From Callorhinchus milii (lineage: Eukaryota), in NCBI RefSeq assembly GCF_018977255.1, contig NW_024704742.1, forward strand, positions 110,548,001-110,612,000: a DNA stretch of 64,000 nt, given 5' to 3'. This document shows positions 63,075 through 64,000 of the stretch, piece after piece; the first letter of the stretch is position 1; every line of letters starts with the position of its first letter. The translations under genes were made by a program, and so were the position numbers. The notes below the pieces were generated by a model. That model worked only from the letters and a program-made list of their open reading frames with translations. It did not search any database and was not told the DNA's origin.

Positions 63075-63407
63075 GAACCAGATGCCCTCTGGTACCTCAC
63101 CTAACTAGCCATTATTCATTTGCGAGTTTTGACAGCGAGTTTTGACAGGTAATTCAACCACTGAGAGCATCAGAGCCAAGCCTGTTCTTGCCTTCACCCA
63201 ACATCCACGCAGAGGCAACTTCCTGCAGATTATTTGGATAGCGCTCTGACTGATTTCCCCACCAGAACCAAGGGCACTAGGACCAATTTTAACATTCAAA
63301 CTTCTTTCCGGGATGAGATCGTCTAACTCAGCACAACAGGGATACGAACCTGCAACATTCTGGTTTGTTTGACTAAGTGCTTTTACCTAGTTGACCATCA
63401 GTGAAGC
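63075..63407 (-). mobile_element. Ancient tRNA-derived SINE of a separate family
   Basis: Minus strand has B box ggttcgtatccc then gtgctgagttagacgatctca; body unlike the other SINEs here. Confidence 0.55.
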
Positions 63408-63479
63408 ATTATATTATTGTATATACGTTAACAGTCAAAAGGGATGAAGGCAGGGTGCAGACCTAAACAAAATGCAATA

Positions 63480-63790
63480 TAATTTACATTTAAATAGCAG
63501 CTTTCATATCAGGACGATGTCTCATAATGTTGGATGGGCATCTGAGTTGGATTGAGGATTGGGAAAATGACCGAAAGTGCGGTCAAACAGGTACATTTTC
63601 AGACATGCCTTGAAAGAGGGAGAAAGAGTCAGAGGGGCTTCTAGATGAAATTCCAAAGAGTAGAGGTAGAAAGGACTGAAAGCCTGCCCACTGATGGTGT
63701 GGTGGATAGGGCAACGGGATATGAAGCAGGCCAGTGTTTGCTGAGCAAAGGGAGCAACTGCGACAGCATGGTTGGAGGAGGTTGCAGATA
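63480..63790 (-). mobile_element. Decayed L2 3' end
   Basis: gaccgaaagtgcggtcaaacag, ggactgaaagcctgcccactgatggtg. Confidence 0.65.
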
Positions 63791-64000
63791 AATAAATAAA
63801 ATAAATAAATGTGGTACTTTGGCAATCATTATATTTTCACCCTAAAAGGTTCCATTTATGAGGTAATGTAAAGTCCATGGTGGTCTCTAGTGAATCTCTG
63901 ATCTCATGAGTTGGTACCTAAGGCTGCATTGCAGATGTTTGAGAATATTTATATGGAAATCTTGAAAAAGTTCTCAAACATATTTCTGTGGGGCTTCTAA

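Overview
AT-rich, repeat-dense vertebrate DNA with no recognisable host protein-coding exon, so probably deep intron or gene desert. The repeat set (L2 and CR1 LINEs, Deu-domain SINEs, a young tRNA-Ala-headed SINE with (TAA)n tails, Penelope-type ends) points to a cartilaginous fish, possibly a chimaera such as Callorhinchus milii; this is inference. All meaningful ORFs are LINE ORF2 remnants. Main points: (1) a three-level nest, old L2 > near full-length young L2 (TSD TGGGT, CpG-rich leader, no evident ORF1) > SINE (TSD TAGTT); (2) a ~0.4 kb deletion in the young L2 filled by (TAACCC)n; (3) two Penelope-like ends carrying minimal type-I hammerhead ribozyme motifs, one with an intact core; (4) a covarying 3' stem-loop shared by L2 subfamilies and SINEs; (5) a modular SINE in long and short forms; (6) locally templated insertions; (7) four long imperfect palindromes; (8) a degenerate 35-bp minisatellite; (9) repeat-free islands that may be enhancers. 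Old repeat boundaries were read by eye and are approximate; family names are from memory, not database searches.
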